DNA of 64,000 nucleotides, from the NCBI GenBank assembly GCA_009914755.4, contig CP068257.2:10080001-10144000 (forward strand). Direction: 5' to 3'. A program made the translations under genes and the position numbers. The stretch is from the human T2T-CHM13v2.0 reference genome, Homo sapiens. Shown here in pieces: positions 28,737 through 43,928 of the stretch; position 1 is the stretch's first letter, and each line of letters starts with the position of its first letter. The notes under the pieces were generated by a model that did no database searches, was not told the origin of the DNA, and saw only the letters and a list, made by a program, of their open reading frames with translations.

Positions 28737-31700
28737 GTGCACATCACAAAGAAGTTTCTCAGAAAGTTTCTTTTTAGTTTTTATGTGAAGATATTTCCTT
28801 TTTCACCATAGTCCACAAAGTGCACCAAATATCTTTTGCAGATGATTGTACAAAAAGAGTTTCTCCAAACTGCTCAATCAAAGGAAAGTTTCATCTCTGT
28901 GAGATGAAAGCACAAATCACAAAGAAGTTACTCAGAATGCTTCTGTCTAGTTTTTAAATGAAGGTATTTCCTGTTACACCATAGGCCTCAAAGGGCTCAC
29001 AGATATCCTTTTGCAGATTCTACAAAAACACTGTTACAGAATTGCTCAATGAAAAGTAAGTTTCAACTCTGTGAGATGAATTCACACCTAAAAAAAGAAG
29101 TTTCTCAGAATGCTTCTGTCTAGTTTTTATGTGAAGATATTTCTTTGTCACCATAGGCCTCAAACCGCTCAGAAATATCCCTATGCAGATGTTACAAAAA
29201 GACTGTTTCCAAACTGCTCAATGAAAAGAAAGATTCTACTCTGTGAGATGAAAGCACATATCACAAAGAATTTTCTCAGAAAGTTTTTGTCTAGCTTATA
29301 TGTGAAGACATTTCCTCTTTCACCATAGGCCTCAATGGGCTCAAAAACGTCTCTTTTCAGATACTACAAAAGGCCTCTTTCCAAACTGCTCAATCAAAAG
29401 AAAGTTTCAACTCTGTGAGATGAAAGCACACATCACAAATAAGTTTCTCAGAATGTTTGTTTAGTTTTATGTGAAGATATTTCCTGTTTCACTGTAGGCC
29501 ATAAATGACTCACAAATATCCCTTTGCAGACTCTACAAAAAGACAGTTTGCAAACAGCTCAATCAAAAACAAAGGTTCAACTATGTGAGACGAATGGACA
29601 CATCACAAAGAAGTTTCTCAGAAGGCTTCTGCCTAGTTTTTATGTGAAGATATGTCTTTTTCACCATAGGCCTCAAATGGCTAAGAAATATCCCTTTGCA
29701 GATTGTACAAAAAGACTGTTTCCAAATTGCTCAATGAAAAGACAGGTTCAACTCTGTGAGATAAGTGCACACATGAAAAAGAAGTTTCTCAGAATGCTTC
29801 TGTCTAGTTTTTATCTGACATAGTTATTTTTCACCATAGGCCTCAAATGGTTCAGAAATATCCCTTTGCATATTGTACTAAAAGACTGTTTCCAAACTGT
29901 CAAATGCAAAGAAAGGTTCAACTCTGTGAGATGAATGCAAACATCAAAAAGAAGTTTCTCAGAAAGTTTCTGTCTAGTTTTTATGTGAAGATAATTCCTT
30001 CTTCACAATAGGCCTCAAAGTGCTCCAAATATCCATTTTCAGATTACACAAAAAGACTGTTTCCAAACGGCTCAATCACAAAAAAAGTTCAACTCTGTGA
30101 GATGAATGCACACATCATAAAGAAGTTTCTCAGAATACTTCTGTCTAGTTTTGATGTGAAGATATTTCCTTTTTCACCATAGGCCTTAAACGGCTCCCAA
30201 ATATCCCTCTGCAGATACTACAAAAAGGCTGCTTGAAAACTGTTCAATCAAAGGAATCCTTCATCTCTGTGAGATGAAACCACACATCACAAAGAAGTTC
30301 CTCATAATGCTTCTGTCTGGTTTTTATGTGAAGATATTTCATATTTCACCATAGGCCTCAAAGAGCTCACAAATATCCCTTTGCAGACTCTACAAAAAGA
30401 CTGTTTCAAACTGCTCCATGCAAAGAAAGGTTCAACTCTGTGAGACGAATGCACACATAAAAAAGAAGTTTCTCACAATTCTTCTGTTTAGTTTTTATGT
30501 GAAGATATTCCTTTTTCACTATAGGCACCAAACCGTTCAGAAATATCCCTTTGTAGACTACAAAAAGACTGTTTCCAAACTGCTCAATCAAAAGAAAGTT
30601 TCAAACCTGTTAGATGAAAGCACACATCACAAAGAAGTTTCTCAGAATACTTCTGTCTAGTTTTTATGTGAAGATATTTCTTTTTCACCATAGGCCTCAA
30701 ACCCCTCAGAAATATCCCTTTGCAGATTGTAGATAAAGACTGCTTCCTAACTGCTCAATCAAAAGAACAGTTCAACTCTGTGAGATGAAAGCACACGTCA
30801 CAAAGAAGTTTCTCAGAAATCTTCTGTCTAGTTTTTATGTGAAGATATTTCCCTTCTAATGATAGGCCTCAAAGCAATCCAATTATCAATTTGCAGATTC
30901 TACAAAATACTCTTTCCAAACTGCTCAATCAAAAGAAATTTTCAACTCTGTGAGATGAAAGCATACATCACAAAGAAGTTCTTCAGAAAGTTTCTCACTA
31001 GATTTTATGTGAAGATATTTAGTTTTTCACCACAAGCCACAAAGTGCTCCAAATATCCTTTTGCAGATACTTCAAAAAGAGTTTTTCCAAACTGCTCAAT
31101 CAAAACAAAGTTTCAACTCTGTGAGAGGAATGCAAACATCACAAAGAAGTTTCTCAAAATGCTTCTGTCTAGTTTTCCTTTGAAGATATTTCCCATTTCA
31201 CCATGGGCCTCAGTGGGCTCACATATATCCTCTTCCAAATTCTACAAAAAGACTGTTTCTGAATTTCTCAATGAAGAGAAAGGTTCAACTCTGGGAGATG
31301 AATGCACACATGAATAATAAGTTTCTCAGAATGCCTCTGTCTAGTTTTTGTGTTAAGATATTTGTTTTTCACCGTAGGCCTCAAACTTCTCAGAAATATC
31401 CCTTTGTAGATTGTACAAAAAGATGGTTTCCAAACTGCTCAATGAAAACAAAGGTTCAACACTGTGACATGAATACTCACATCACAGAGAAGTTTTTCAG
31501 AAAGCTTCTGTTTAGTTTTTAAGTGAAAATATTTCCTTTTTCACCATAGGCCTCAAAGCAATCCAAATATCCTTTTGCAAACTCTACAAAAAGAGAGTTT
31601 CCAAACTGTTCAATTAAAAAAAAGATTCAAATCTGTGAGAAGAAAGCACACATCATGAAGAAGTTTCCCATAATGCTTCTGTCTACTTTTTTTGTGAAGA

Positions 31701-34700
31701 TATTTCCTATATCACCATAGGCCTCAAAGATCTCACAAATATCCCTTTGCAGACTCTACAAAAAGACAGTTTTCGGACTGCTAAATGAAAAGAAAGGTTC
31801 AATTCTGTGAGACGAATGCACACATATTAATTAGTTTATCATAATGCTTCTGTCTAGTTTTTATGTGAAGATATTTCTTTTTCACCATAGGCATCAAACC
31901 GTTCAGAATTATCCCTTTGTAGATTGTACAAAAAGACTGTTTCCAAACTGCTCAATCAAAAGAAAGGTTCAAACCGGTGAGATGAATGCACACATAAAAG
32001 AGGAGTTTCTCAGAAATCTTCTGTCTTGTTTTTATGTGAAGATATTACCTTTCTCAACATAGGCCTCAAAGCAATCCAAATATCCATTTGCAGATTCTAT
32101 AAAAAGACTGTTTCCAAACTGATCAATCAAAAGAAATTTTTACCTCTCTGAGATGAAAGCACACATCACAAAAATGTTACTCAGACAGCTTCTCTCTAGT
32201 ATGTATGTGAAGATACTTCCTATTTCACCTGAGGTCATAAAGGGCTCAGAGATATCCCTTTGAAGGTTTTACAAAAAGTCTGTGTCCAAACTGCTCAATC
32301 AAAAGAAAGGTTCAACTCTGTGAGATGAATGGGCACATCACAAAGAAATTTCTTGGAATGATTCTGTCTAGTTTTTATGTGAAGATATTTCTCTTTCACC
32401 ATAGGCCTCAAACGGATCAGAATTATCCCTTTGCAGATTGTACAATAAGCCTCTTTCCAACCTGCTCAATCAAAAGAAATGTTCAACTCTGTGAGATGAA
32501 TGCACACATCACAAGGAAGTTTCTCAGAAAACTTCTGTTTAGTTTTTATGTGAAGATATTTCGTTTTTCACCATGGGCCTCAAAAGCTCTCCAAATATCC
32601 ATTTGCAGATTTTAGAAAAAGAGTGTTTCCAAACTCCTCAATCAAAAGAAAGTTTCAATTCTGTGATATGAAAGCACACATCACAAAGAAGATTCTTAGA
32701 AAGCTTCTGTCTAGTTTTTATGTGAAGATATTTCACATTGCACCATAGTACTCAATGGGCTCAGAAATATCCCTTTGCAGATTCTACAAGAGGACTGTTT
32801 CCAAACTACTCAATCCAAAGACAGTTTCAACTATGTGAGATGAATGCACACATCACAAAGAAGTTTCTCAGAGTGCTTCTGTCTAGTTTATATGTGAAGA
32901 AAATTCCTATTTCACCATAGGCAATAAAGGGCTCACAAATATTTTTTGCAGATTCTACAAAAATACGTATCCAAAGTGCTAAATAAAAAGAAAGTTTCAA
33001 CTCTGTTAGATTAATGGACACATCAAAAAGTAGTTTCTCAGAAAACTTCTGTTTAGTTTTTACGTGAAGATATTTCCTTTGTCACCATTGGCCTCAAAGT
33101 GCTCTGAATATCCATTTACAGATTTCACTAAAAGAGTGTTTCCAAACTGCTGAATCAAAAGAAAGTTTTAACTCTGTGAGATGAAAGCACACATCTCAAA
33201 GAACTTTCTCAGAAAGCTTTGGTCTAGTTTTCATGTGAAGATATTTCCAGTTTCACCACAGGCCTCAAAGTGCTAAGAAATATACCTTTCCAGATTCTAA
33301 AAGACGACCATTTCCATACTGCTCAGTCAAAATAAAGGTTAAATTCTGTGAGGTGAATGCACACATCAGAATGAAGTTTCTCAGAATTCTCCTGTCTAGT
33401 TTTTATGTGAAGATATTTACTATTTCACTATAGGCTTCAAATGTCTCAAAAATATCCCTTTGCAGATTCTACAAAAATATGGTTTCCAAAGTGCTGAATT
33501 AAAAGAAACCTTCAACTCTGTCAGATGAATGGAGACATCACAAAGAAGTTCCTCAGAATTCTTCTGTCTATTTTAAATGTGAAGATATTTCTTTTTTCAC
33601 CATAGACCTCAAATGGCTCAGAAATATGCCTTTGCAGATTGCAGAAAAAGACTGTTTCTAAACTGCTCAAACAAAATAAAGTTTCAACACTGTTAGATGA
33701 ATGCGCACATCACAAAGAAGTTTCTCAGAAAGCTTCTGTCTCGTTTTTATGTGAAGATATTTCCTTTTTCACCATAGGCCTTAAACCGCTCACAAATATC
33801 CTTCTGCAGATACTATAAAAAGACTGTTTCCAAACTGCTCCATCAAAAGAAAAGTTCACCTCTCTGAGGTGAATGCATACATCACAAAGAATTTTCTCAG
33901 AATTCTTCTGTCTAGTTTTTATGTGAAGATATTTCCATTTTCACATTAGGCCACAAAGCACTACAAATATCCATTTGCAGATTATACAAAAAGACTGTTT
34001 ACAAACTGCTCAATCAAAAGAAATGTTCAACTCTGTGAGATGAAAGCACACATCACAAAGAAGTTTCTCAGAAATCTTCTGTCTAGTTTTTATCTCAAGA
34101 TAATTCCTATTTTGCCATAGGAATCAGTGGGCTCACAAATATCCCTTTGCAGATTCTACAAAAGTTCTGTTTCCAAACTGCTCAATCAAAAGAAACGTTC
34201 AACATTGTGAGATGAATGCACACATCACAAAGAAGTTTCTCGGAATGCTTCTGTCTGGTTATTATGTGAAGATAATTCCTTTTTCACCACAGTCTTTAAA
34301 CCACTCAAAAATATCCCTCTGCAGATACTACAAAAAGACTGTTTCCAAACTGGTCCATATAGAAAGTTTCAACTCTGTGAGATGAATGCACTCATCACAA
34401 AGAATTTTCTCAGAATTCTTCTGTCTAGTTTTTATGTGAAGATATTTCCTTTTTCACCATAGTTCTCAAATTGCTCCAAATATCCATTTGCAGATTCTAC
34501 AAAAACAGTGTTTCCAAACTGGTCAATCAAAAGAAAGGCTCAACTCTGTGAGACGAAAACACACATCACAAAGTTTCTCAGAAAGCTTCTGTCTACATTT
34601 CATGTGAAAGTATTTCCTTTTGCACCATAGGCCTTAAACCGCTCACAAATATAACTCCACTTATACTACCAAGAGACTTTCTCCAAATTGCTAAATCAAA

Positions 34701-37700
34701 AGAAAGTTTCAACTCTTTGAGAAGAATGCACACATCACAAAGAAGTTTCTCAAAATGCTTCTGTCTAGTTTTCATGTGAAGATATTTATTTTTCACCATT
34801 GGCCTCAAACTGCTCAGAAATATCCCTTTGCATTTTGTACAAAAAGACTGTTTCCAAACTGCTCAATGAAAAGAAATGGTCAACTCTTAGAGATGAATGG
34901 AAATGTCACAAAGAGTTTTCTCAAAAAGCTACTGTGTTGTTTTTATGTGAGGATATTTCCTTTTTCACTCTAGGCCTTAAAATGCTCCAAATATACATTT
35001 GCAGATTCTATAAAAAGACTCTTTCCAAACTGCTCAATCAAAATAAAGGTTCAAATCTGTGAGATGAAAGCCCACGTCACAAAGAAGTTTCTCAGAAAGT
35101 TTATATCTCGTTTTTATGTGAAGATATTTCCTATTTCACCTTTGGCCTCAAAGGGATCACAAATATCCCTATTCAGATATTACAAAAAACTGTTTCCGAA
35201 CTGCTTCATCAAAAGAAAGGTTCAACTCTGTGAGAACAATGCACACATAAAAAATTAGTTTCTCAGAATGCTTCTGTCTAGTTTTTATGTGAAGATATTA
35301 CTTTTTCACCATAGGTCTCAAACCGCAAACAAATATTCCTTTACAGATTGCACAAAAAGTATGTTTCCACACTGCTCAATGAACAGAAAAGTACAACTCA
35401 GTGAGATGAATGCAAACATCACAAAGAGTTTTCTCAAAATGCTTCTGTCTAGGTTTTAGGTGAAGATATTTACTTTTTCACCATAGGCCTCAAACCACTC
35501 ACAAATATCCCTTTGCAGATTCTACAAAATGACTTGTTGCCAAACTGCTCAATGAAAAGCAAGGTTCAAATCTGTGAGATGAAAGTACACATCACAAAGA
35601 AGTTTCTCAGAAAGTTTCTGTCTAGTTTTTATATGCAGATATTTTCTTTTTCACAATAGGCCTCAAAGCACTTCAAATATCCGTTTGCAAGTTCTACAAA
35701 AAGAGTGTTTCCAAACTGCTCAATCAAAAGAGAGGTTCAGCTCTGTGAGGTGAAAGCATAAAACACAAAGAAGTTTTACAGAAAGCTTCTGTCTAGTTTT
35801 TATATGAAGACATTTCCTATTATACCATAGGCCCTCTATGTGCTCACAAACATCCCTTTGCAGATTCTACAAAAGGACTCTTTCCAAACTGCTCAATCCA
35901 AGGAAAGTTTCAACTCTGTGACATGAATGCACACATCACAAAGAAGTTTCACAGAATGCTTCTGTCTAGTTTTTATGTGAAGACATTTCTTGTTCACCAT
36001 AGGCCTGAAATGCTGCAAATATCCATCTTCAGATTCTACAAAAAGACGGTTTCCAAAATGCTCAATCAAAAGAAAAGTTCAACTCTGTTAGATGAAAGCA
36101 TGCATCACAAAGAAGTTTATCAGAAAGCTTCTGTCTAGTTTTTTTGTGAAGATATTCCCTATTTCACCATAGGCCTGAAAGGGCTCACAAATATCCTTCT
36201 GCATATTATACAAAAAGACTGTCTCCAAACTGCTCAATCAGAAGAAAATTTCAACTATGTGTGATGAATGCACACATTACAAAGAAGTTTCTCAGAATGC
36301 TTTTGCTAGTTTTTATATGAAGATATTTCTCTTTCACAGTAGGCCTCAAATGGCTCAGAAATATCCCTTTGCAGATTGTACAAAGAGACTGTTTCCAAAC
36401 TGCTCAATCAAAAGAAAGTTTCAACACTGTGAGATGAATGCACACATCACAAAGAAGTTTCTCAGAATGCTTCTGTTAAGATTTCATGTGAAGATATTTC
36501 CTTTTTCACCATAAGCCTCAATGGGCTCAGAAGTATTACTTTGTTGATTTTACAAAAGGTCTGTTTAGAAAACTGCTCAATCCAAAGAAAGGTTCAACTC
36601 TGTGAGATGAATGCACACATCTCAAAGAAGTTTCTCACAATGGATTTGCCGAGGTTTTCTGTGAAGGTATTCCCTTTTCCACCATAGGCCTCAAACCGCT
36701 CACAAATATCCCTCTGCAGATACAACAAAGGGACTGTTTCCAATCTGCTCAATCAAAAGATAGGCTCAACAACGTGAGATGAATGTACACGTCACAAAGA
36801 AGTTTCTCAGAATGCTTCTGTCTAGTTTTAATGTGAAGATATTTACTTTTTCACCATAGGCCTCAAAACACGCAAAACATCCATTTGCAAATTCCACAAA
36901 AAGACTGTTTCCAAACTGTTCAATCAAAAGAAAGGTTCAACTCTGTGAGGTGAAAACACACATCACGAAGAAGTTTCTCAGAAAGCTTCTGTCTAGTTTT
37001 TATGTGAGTATATTTCCTATTTCACCACAGGCCTCAAAGGAATCCCAAATATCCCTTTGCAGATTCTACAAAAAGAGTGTTTCTGAACTGCTCAATGAAA
37101 AGAAAGTTTCAACTCTGTGAGGTGAATGCACACATAAAAAAAGAAGTTTCTCAGAATGCTTCTGTATAGTTTATATGTGAAGATATTACTTTTTCACCAT
37201 AGGCCTCTAAGTGCTCAGAAATATCCCTTTGCACTTTGTATAAAAAGACTATTTCCAAACTGCTCAATGAAAAGAAAGATTCATCTCTGTGTGATGAATG
37301 CACACATAAAAAATAAGTTTCTCAGAATGCTTCCGTCTGGTTTAATGTGAAGATATTTCCTTTTTCACCATAGGCCTTAAACTGCACACAAATATCTCTC
37401 TGCAGATACTACAAAAAGACTGTTTTCAAACTGCTCCAAGAAAAGAAAGATTCAACCCTGTGAGATGAATGCACACATCCCAAAGGAGTTTCTCGGAATG
37501 ATTCTGTCTACTTTTCATGTGAAGCTAATTCTTTTTCACCATAGGCATAAAACGGCTCAAAAATATCCCTTTGCAGATTGTACAAAAGGATGGTTTCCAA
37601 TCTGCTCAATCAAAAGAAAGGATCAGCTCTGTGATATGAAACCACGCATCACAAATAAGTTTCTCAGAAAGCTTCTTTTTAGTGTTTTTGTGAAGATATT

Positions 37701-40700
37701 TCCTTTTTCTCCATAGGCCTAAAAGCGCTGCAAATATCCATTTGTGGATTCTACAAAAAGGCTGTTTCCAAACTGCTCAATCAAAAGAAATTTTCACCTC
37801 TGTGAGATTAAAGCACACATCACAAAGCATGTTCTCAGAAAGATTCTGTCTAGTTTTTATGTGAAGATATTTCCTATTTCACCTTAGGCTGTAAAGGGCT
37901 CACAAATATCCGTTTGCATATTCAGAAAAAAGACTGTTTCCAAACTGTTCAAACAAAAGAAAGATTCAACTCTGTGAGATGAATGCACACATCAGAAAGA
38001 GATTTCTCAGAATGCTTCTGTCTAGTTTTTATATGAAGATATTTCTTTTTCACCATCAGCCACAAACGGCTCAGAAATATCCCTTTGCAGATCTTATAAA
38101 AAGACTGTTTCCAACCTGCTCAATCAAAAGAAAGTTTCAACGCTGAGAGACGAATGCACACATCACAAAGAAGGTTCTCAGAAAGCTTCTGTTTTGCTTT
38201 TATTTGAAGATATTTCCTTTTTCACCACAGGACTCAGTGGGCTCAGAAATATCCCTTTGCAGATTCTACAAAAGGACTGTTAAGAAAAATGCTGAATCCA
38301 AAGAAAGATTCAACCCTGTGAGATGAATGCACACATCACAAAGAAGTTTTGCAGAATGCATCTGTCTAGTTTTTATGTGAAGATATTTCTTTTTTCACCA
38401 TAGGCCCCAAAGCGCTCCAAATACCCATTTGTAGAGTCTACAAAAAGAGTGTTTCCAATCTGCTCTATCAAAAAGAAAGGTTCAATCCTGTGACACGGAA
38501 GCAAACATCACAAAGAAGTTTCTCAGAAAGCTTCTGTCTAGTTTTTATGTGAAGATATTTCCTATTTCACCATGGGCCATATATGGCTCACAAATATTTT
38601 TTGCAAATTCTACAAAAAGACTGTTTCCAAACTGCTCAATCCAAAGAAACTTTCAACTCTGTGAGATGAGTGGACACACCACAAAAAAGCTTATCAGAAT
38701 GCTTCTATCTAGTTTTTATGTGAAGATATTTCTTTTTCACCCTAGGCTTCAATGGGCTCATAAATATCCCTTTGCAGATTCTACAAAAGGACTGTTTCTA
38801 AACTGCTCCATCAAAGAAAGGTTCAACTCTATAAGATGAATATACACATCACATAGATGTTTCTCACAATCCTTCTGCCTATTTTTTATGTGAAGGTATT
38901 TCCTTTTTCACCATGGACCTCAAAGTGCTCAAAACATCCATTTGCTGATTCCACAGAAAGACTGTTTCCAAACTCCTCAATCAAAGAAGGATTCAACTGT
39001 ATGAGATGAATGCACACATCACAGAGATGTTTCTTACAATACTTCTGTCTATTTTTTATGTGAAGGTATTTACTTTTTCACCGTAGGCCTCAAAGAGCTC
39101 CAAACATCCATTTGCTTATGCCGCAAAAAGGCTGTTTCCAAAGTGCTCAATCAAAAGAAAGCTACAACTCCGTGTGTTGAAAGCACACATCACAAAGAAC
39201 TTCCTCAGAAAGATTCTGTCTAGTTTTTCTGTGAGGATATTTCCTGTTTCACCATGGGCCATAAAGGGCCCAAAAATATTTTTCGCAGATTCTACAAAAA
39301 GACTGTTTCCAAACTGCTCAATCCAAAGGAAGGTTCAACTCTGTGAGATGAATGGGCACAAGACAAAGAAGTTTCTCAGAATACTTCTGTCTAGGGTTTA
39401 CGTGAGATATTTCCTTTTTCATGATAGGCCTCAAAGCGCTCCAAATATCCATTTGCAGATTCCACAAAAAGACTGTTTCCAAATTGCTCAATGAAAACAG
39501 AGTTTCAACTCTGTGAGGTGAAAGCACACATCACAAAGAAGTTTCTCAGAATGTATCTTTCTAGTTTTTTTTGAAGATATTTTCTTTTTCACCATAGGCC
39601 TCAAAGCACTCCAAGTATCCATTTGCAGATTCTACCAAAAGACTGTTTACAAACTGCTAAATCAAAAGAAAGTTTCAGCTCTGTGATATGAATGCAGGCA
39701 TCACAAAGAAGTTTCTCAGAAAGCTTCTGTTTAGTGTTTATCTGAAGATATTTCCTTTTTCACCATAGGCCTCAAAGCTCTCCAAATATGCATTTCCAGA
39801 TTCTATAAAAAGTCTGTTTCGAAACTGCTCAATGAAAAGAAAGGTTCAACTCTGTGAGATGAAAGCACATATCTCAAGGAAGTTTCTTAGAATGTTTCTT
39901 TCTAGTTTTTTTGTGAAGATATTTCCTTTTTCACCATAGGCCTCAAAGCACTCCAAATATCCATTTGCAGATTCTACAAAAAGACTGTTTACAAACTGCT
40001 CAATCAAAAGAAGGTTTCAATGCTGTGAGATGAATGCACACATTACAAAGTAGTTTCTCAGAAAGCTTCTGTTTAGTTTTTATGTGAAGATATTTGCTTT
40101 TCCACCATAGGCCTCAAAACGCTCCAATTATCCATTTGCAGATTATGCAAAAAGAGTGTTTCCAAACTGCTCAGTCAAAAGAAATACTTAACTCTTTGAG
40201 ATGAAAGCACTCATTAAAAATAAGTTTCTCAGAAAGCTTCTGACTAGCTTTTAAGTGAAGATATTTCCTATATCATCAAAGGCCTCAATCGGCTGAGAAA
40301 TACCTCTTTGGCGATTCTACAATAGGAATGTTTCCAAACTGCTCTAGCAAAGGAAAGGTTCAACTCTGTGAGTTGAATGCACGCATCACAAAAAAGTTTC
40401 TCAGAAAGTTTCTGTGTAGTTTTTATGTGAAGATATTTCCTAGCTCACCATAAGCCTCAAAGGGTTCACAATTATCCCTTTGTAGATTTTACAAAAAGAC
40501 TGTTTCCAAATATTCAATCAAAGAAATGTTCAGCTGTGTGAGAAGAATGCAAGCCTCAAAAAGAAGTTTCTCAGAATTCTTCCATCGAATTTTTATGTGA
40601 TGATATTTCCTTTTTTTACCACAGACCTCAAAGCGCTCCAAATATCAATTTGCAGACTCTACAAAAAGAGTGTTTCCAAACTGCTCAATCAAAAGAAAAG

Positions 40701-42756
40701 TTCAGCTCTGTGAGATGGAAGCACATATCACAAAGAAGTTTCTTAGAAACCTTCTGTCTAGTTTTTATGGGAAGATATATCATATTTCACCATAGACCTC
40801 AATGGGCTCAGAAATATACCTTTGCAGATTCTACAAAAGGACTGTTTCCAAACTGCTCAGTCCAAAGAAAGGTTCAACACTGTGAGATGAATTCACACAT
40901 CACAAAGAAGTTTCTCAGAAACCTTCTGTCTAGTTTTTATGTGAAGATATTTCCTTGTTCACCATAGGCCTCAAACTGCTCGCAAACATCCCTCTACAGA
41001 TACTACAAAAAGACAGTTTCCAAACTGTTCTATAAAAAGAAAGGTTCAACTCTGTGTGATAAATGCACACGTCACCAAGAAGTTTCTCAGAATGATTATG
41101 TCTAGTTTTTATGTGAAGATGTTTCCTTTCTCACGAAGGCCTCAAACCGCTCCAAATATCCATTTGCAGATTCTACAAAAAGATGGTTTCCAAACTCCTC
41201 AATAATAGAAAGGTTCAACTCTGTGAGATGAAAGCACACATCACAAAGTAGATTCATAGAATGCTGCTTTCTAGTTTTTATGTGAAGATATTTCCTTTTT
41301 CACCATAGTCCTCAAAGTGCTCCAAATATCCATTTGCAGATTCTACAAAAAGTGTGTTTCCAAACTGCTCAATCAAAAGAAAGGTTCTATTCTGTGAGAT
41401 GAAAGCACACATCACAAAGAAGTTTCTCAGGAATCTTCTGACAAGTTTTTATGTGAAGATATTTCCTATTTCACCATAGGCTTCAATGGGCTCACAAATA
41501 TCCCTTTGCAGATTCTACAAAAGGACTGTTTTGAAACAGCTCAATCAGAAGAAGGGTTAAACTCTGTGAGATGAATGCATACATCACAAAGAAGTTTCTC
41601 AGAATGCTTCTGTCTAGTTTTCAGGTGAAGATATTTCTTTTTTCACCGTAGGCCTCAAAGCGCTCCAAATATCCATTTGCATATTCTACAAAAAGGCTGT
41701 TTCCAAACTCCTCAATCAAAAGAGAGGATCAACTATGTGTGATGAAAGCACACTTCATGAAGAAGTTTCTCAGAATGCCTCTGTCTAGTTTTTATGTGAA
41801 GATATTTCCTATTTCACCTTAGGCCATAAAGGGCTCACAAATATCCCTCTGCAGATCCTAGAAAAGAACTCTTTTCAAACTGCTAAATAAAAAAAAAGGT
41901 TCAACTCTGTGAGATGAATGCACACATCGCAAAGAAGTTTCTCCAAAAGCTTCTGTCCACTTTTTATGTGAAGATATTTCCCTTTTCATCATACCTACCA
42001 AAGTGCTCAAAATATCCCTTTGCAAATTCTCTGAAAAGACTGTTTCGAAACTTCTCTATCAAAAGAATGGTTCAACTCTGTGAGATGAATGCACATATCA
42101 CAAAGAAGTTTCTCTGAAATCTTCTGTGTAGTTTTTATGTGAAGATATTTCCTTTTTCACCATAGGCCTCAAGCCACTCACAAATATCCCTTTGCAGATT
42201 TTACAAGAACAGAGTTTCCAGACTCATCAAAGAATAGAAACTTTTTTCTCTCTGAGATGCGTGCACACCTTGCAAAACAGCTTCTCAGAAACATTCTTTA
42301 TAGTTTTTATTGAAGAGATTTCCTTTTTCACCAGAGGCCTCATAGAGCTGACAAATATCCCTTTGCATATTCTACAAAAAGTCCGTTTACAAACTGCTCA
42401 ATCAAAAGAATGGTTCAACTCTGTGAGATGAATGCACATATCACAAAGAGGTTTCTCAGAAATCTTCTGTATAGTTTTTATGTGAAGATATTTCCTTTCT
42501 CACCATAGGCCTCAAAGCTCTCACAAATATCCCTTTGCAGATTCTACAAATTGACAGTTTTCAAACAGTTCAGTCAAAAGACTGTTTCAACTATGTGAGA
42601 TGAATGCACACATGACAGGGAGGTTTCTCAGAGAACTTCTGTCTATTTATTATGTGAAGGTATTTCCTTTTTCACCAAAGGCCTCAAAGTGCTCACAAAT
42701 ATCTCCTTGCAGATTCTACAAGAACAGAGTATCCAAACTGATTAATCAAAAGAATG
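28737..42756 (-). repeat. Alpha satellite, antisense orientation (ctgtctagtttttatgtgaagatatttcctttttcaccataggcctcaaa class, the reverse complement of the actagacag/pJalpha-containing monomers)
   Basis: Continuous ~171-bp periodic alphoid monomers in reverse-complement form. The many 60-150-aa ORFs here (MNAHITKKFLRMLLSSFYVKIF...) are periodic translations of monomers. Confidence 0.95.
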
Positions 42757-43928
42757 CTTCACATAAAATCTCTAGAAGAAAACCTAGGCAATACCATTCA
42801 GGATATAAGCATGAGCAAGGACTTCATGTCTAAAACACCTAAAGCAATGGCAACAAAAGCCACAATTGACAAATGGGATCTAATTAAACTAAGGAGCTTC
42901 TGCACAGCAAAAGAAACCACCATCAGAGTGAACAGGAATCCAACAGAATGGGAGAATATTTTTGCAACCTTCTCATCTGACCAAGGGCTAATATCAGGAA
43001 TCTACAACGAGCTCAGACTAATTTACAGGAAAAAAACAAACAACCCCATCAAAATGTGGGTGAAGTATATGAACAGACAGTTCTCAAAAGAAGACTTTTA
43101 TGCAGTCAATGAACAAATGAAAAAATGCTCATCTTCACTGGCCATCAGAGAAATGCAAGTCAAAACCACAATGAGATACCATCTCACACCAGTTAGAATG
43201 GCAATCATTAAAAAGTCAGGAAACAACAGGTGCTGGAGAGGATGTGAGAAATAGGAACAATTTTGCACTGTTGGTGGGAGTGTAAACTAGTCCAACCATT
43301 GTGGAAGTCGGTATGGCGATTCCTCAGGGATCTAGAACTAGAAATACCATTTGACCTAGCCATCTCATTACTGGGTATATACCCAAAGGATTATAAATCA
43401 TGCTGCTATAAAGACACATGCACATGTATGTTTATAGTGGCACTATCCACAATAGCAAAGACTTGGAACCAATGTAAATGTCCAACAACGATAGACTGAA
43501 TGAAGAAAATGTGGCACATATACATCATGGAACACTATGCAGCCATAAAAAATGATGAGTTCATATCCTTTGTAGGGACATGGATGAAGCTGGAAACCAT
43601 CATTCTCAGCAAACTATCGCAAAGGCAAAAAATAAAACACCACATGTTCTCACTCATAGTTGGGAATTGATCAAAGAGAACACATGAACACAGAAAGGGA
43701 ACCATCACACACCACACACCAGGGAGTGTAGTCCGGTGTAGGGAGGGGGAGGGATAGCCTTAGGAGATATACCTAATGCTAAATGATGAGTTCATGGGTG
43801 CAGCACACAAACATGGCACATGTATACATATGTAACAAACCTACACGTTGTACACATGTTCCCTAAAATATAAAGTATAGTAATAATAAAAGTAAATAAA
43901 TAAATAATTAAACCGAGAGCTCCAAAAA
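42757..43928 (+). mobile_element. L1 3'-terminal fragment, 5'-truncated, sense, covering the ORF2 C-terminal ~220 codons and the 3'UTR. The A-rich tail is followed by a short non-L1 stretch (ccgagagctcc) and a second A-run, possibly a short 3' transduction. TSD AAAAGAATG (42748-42756 and ~43931-43939).
   Basis: ORF 42754..43254 (166 aa, ...[158 protein letters not shown]) and ORF 43263..43499 match the L1 ORF2 C-terminus. The 3'UTR string ...acatgtatacatatgtaacaaacctacacgttgtacacatgttccctaaaatataaagtatagtaataataaaagtaaataaataaataattaaa follows. Confidence 0.94.
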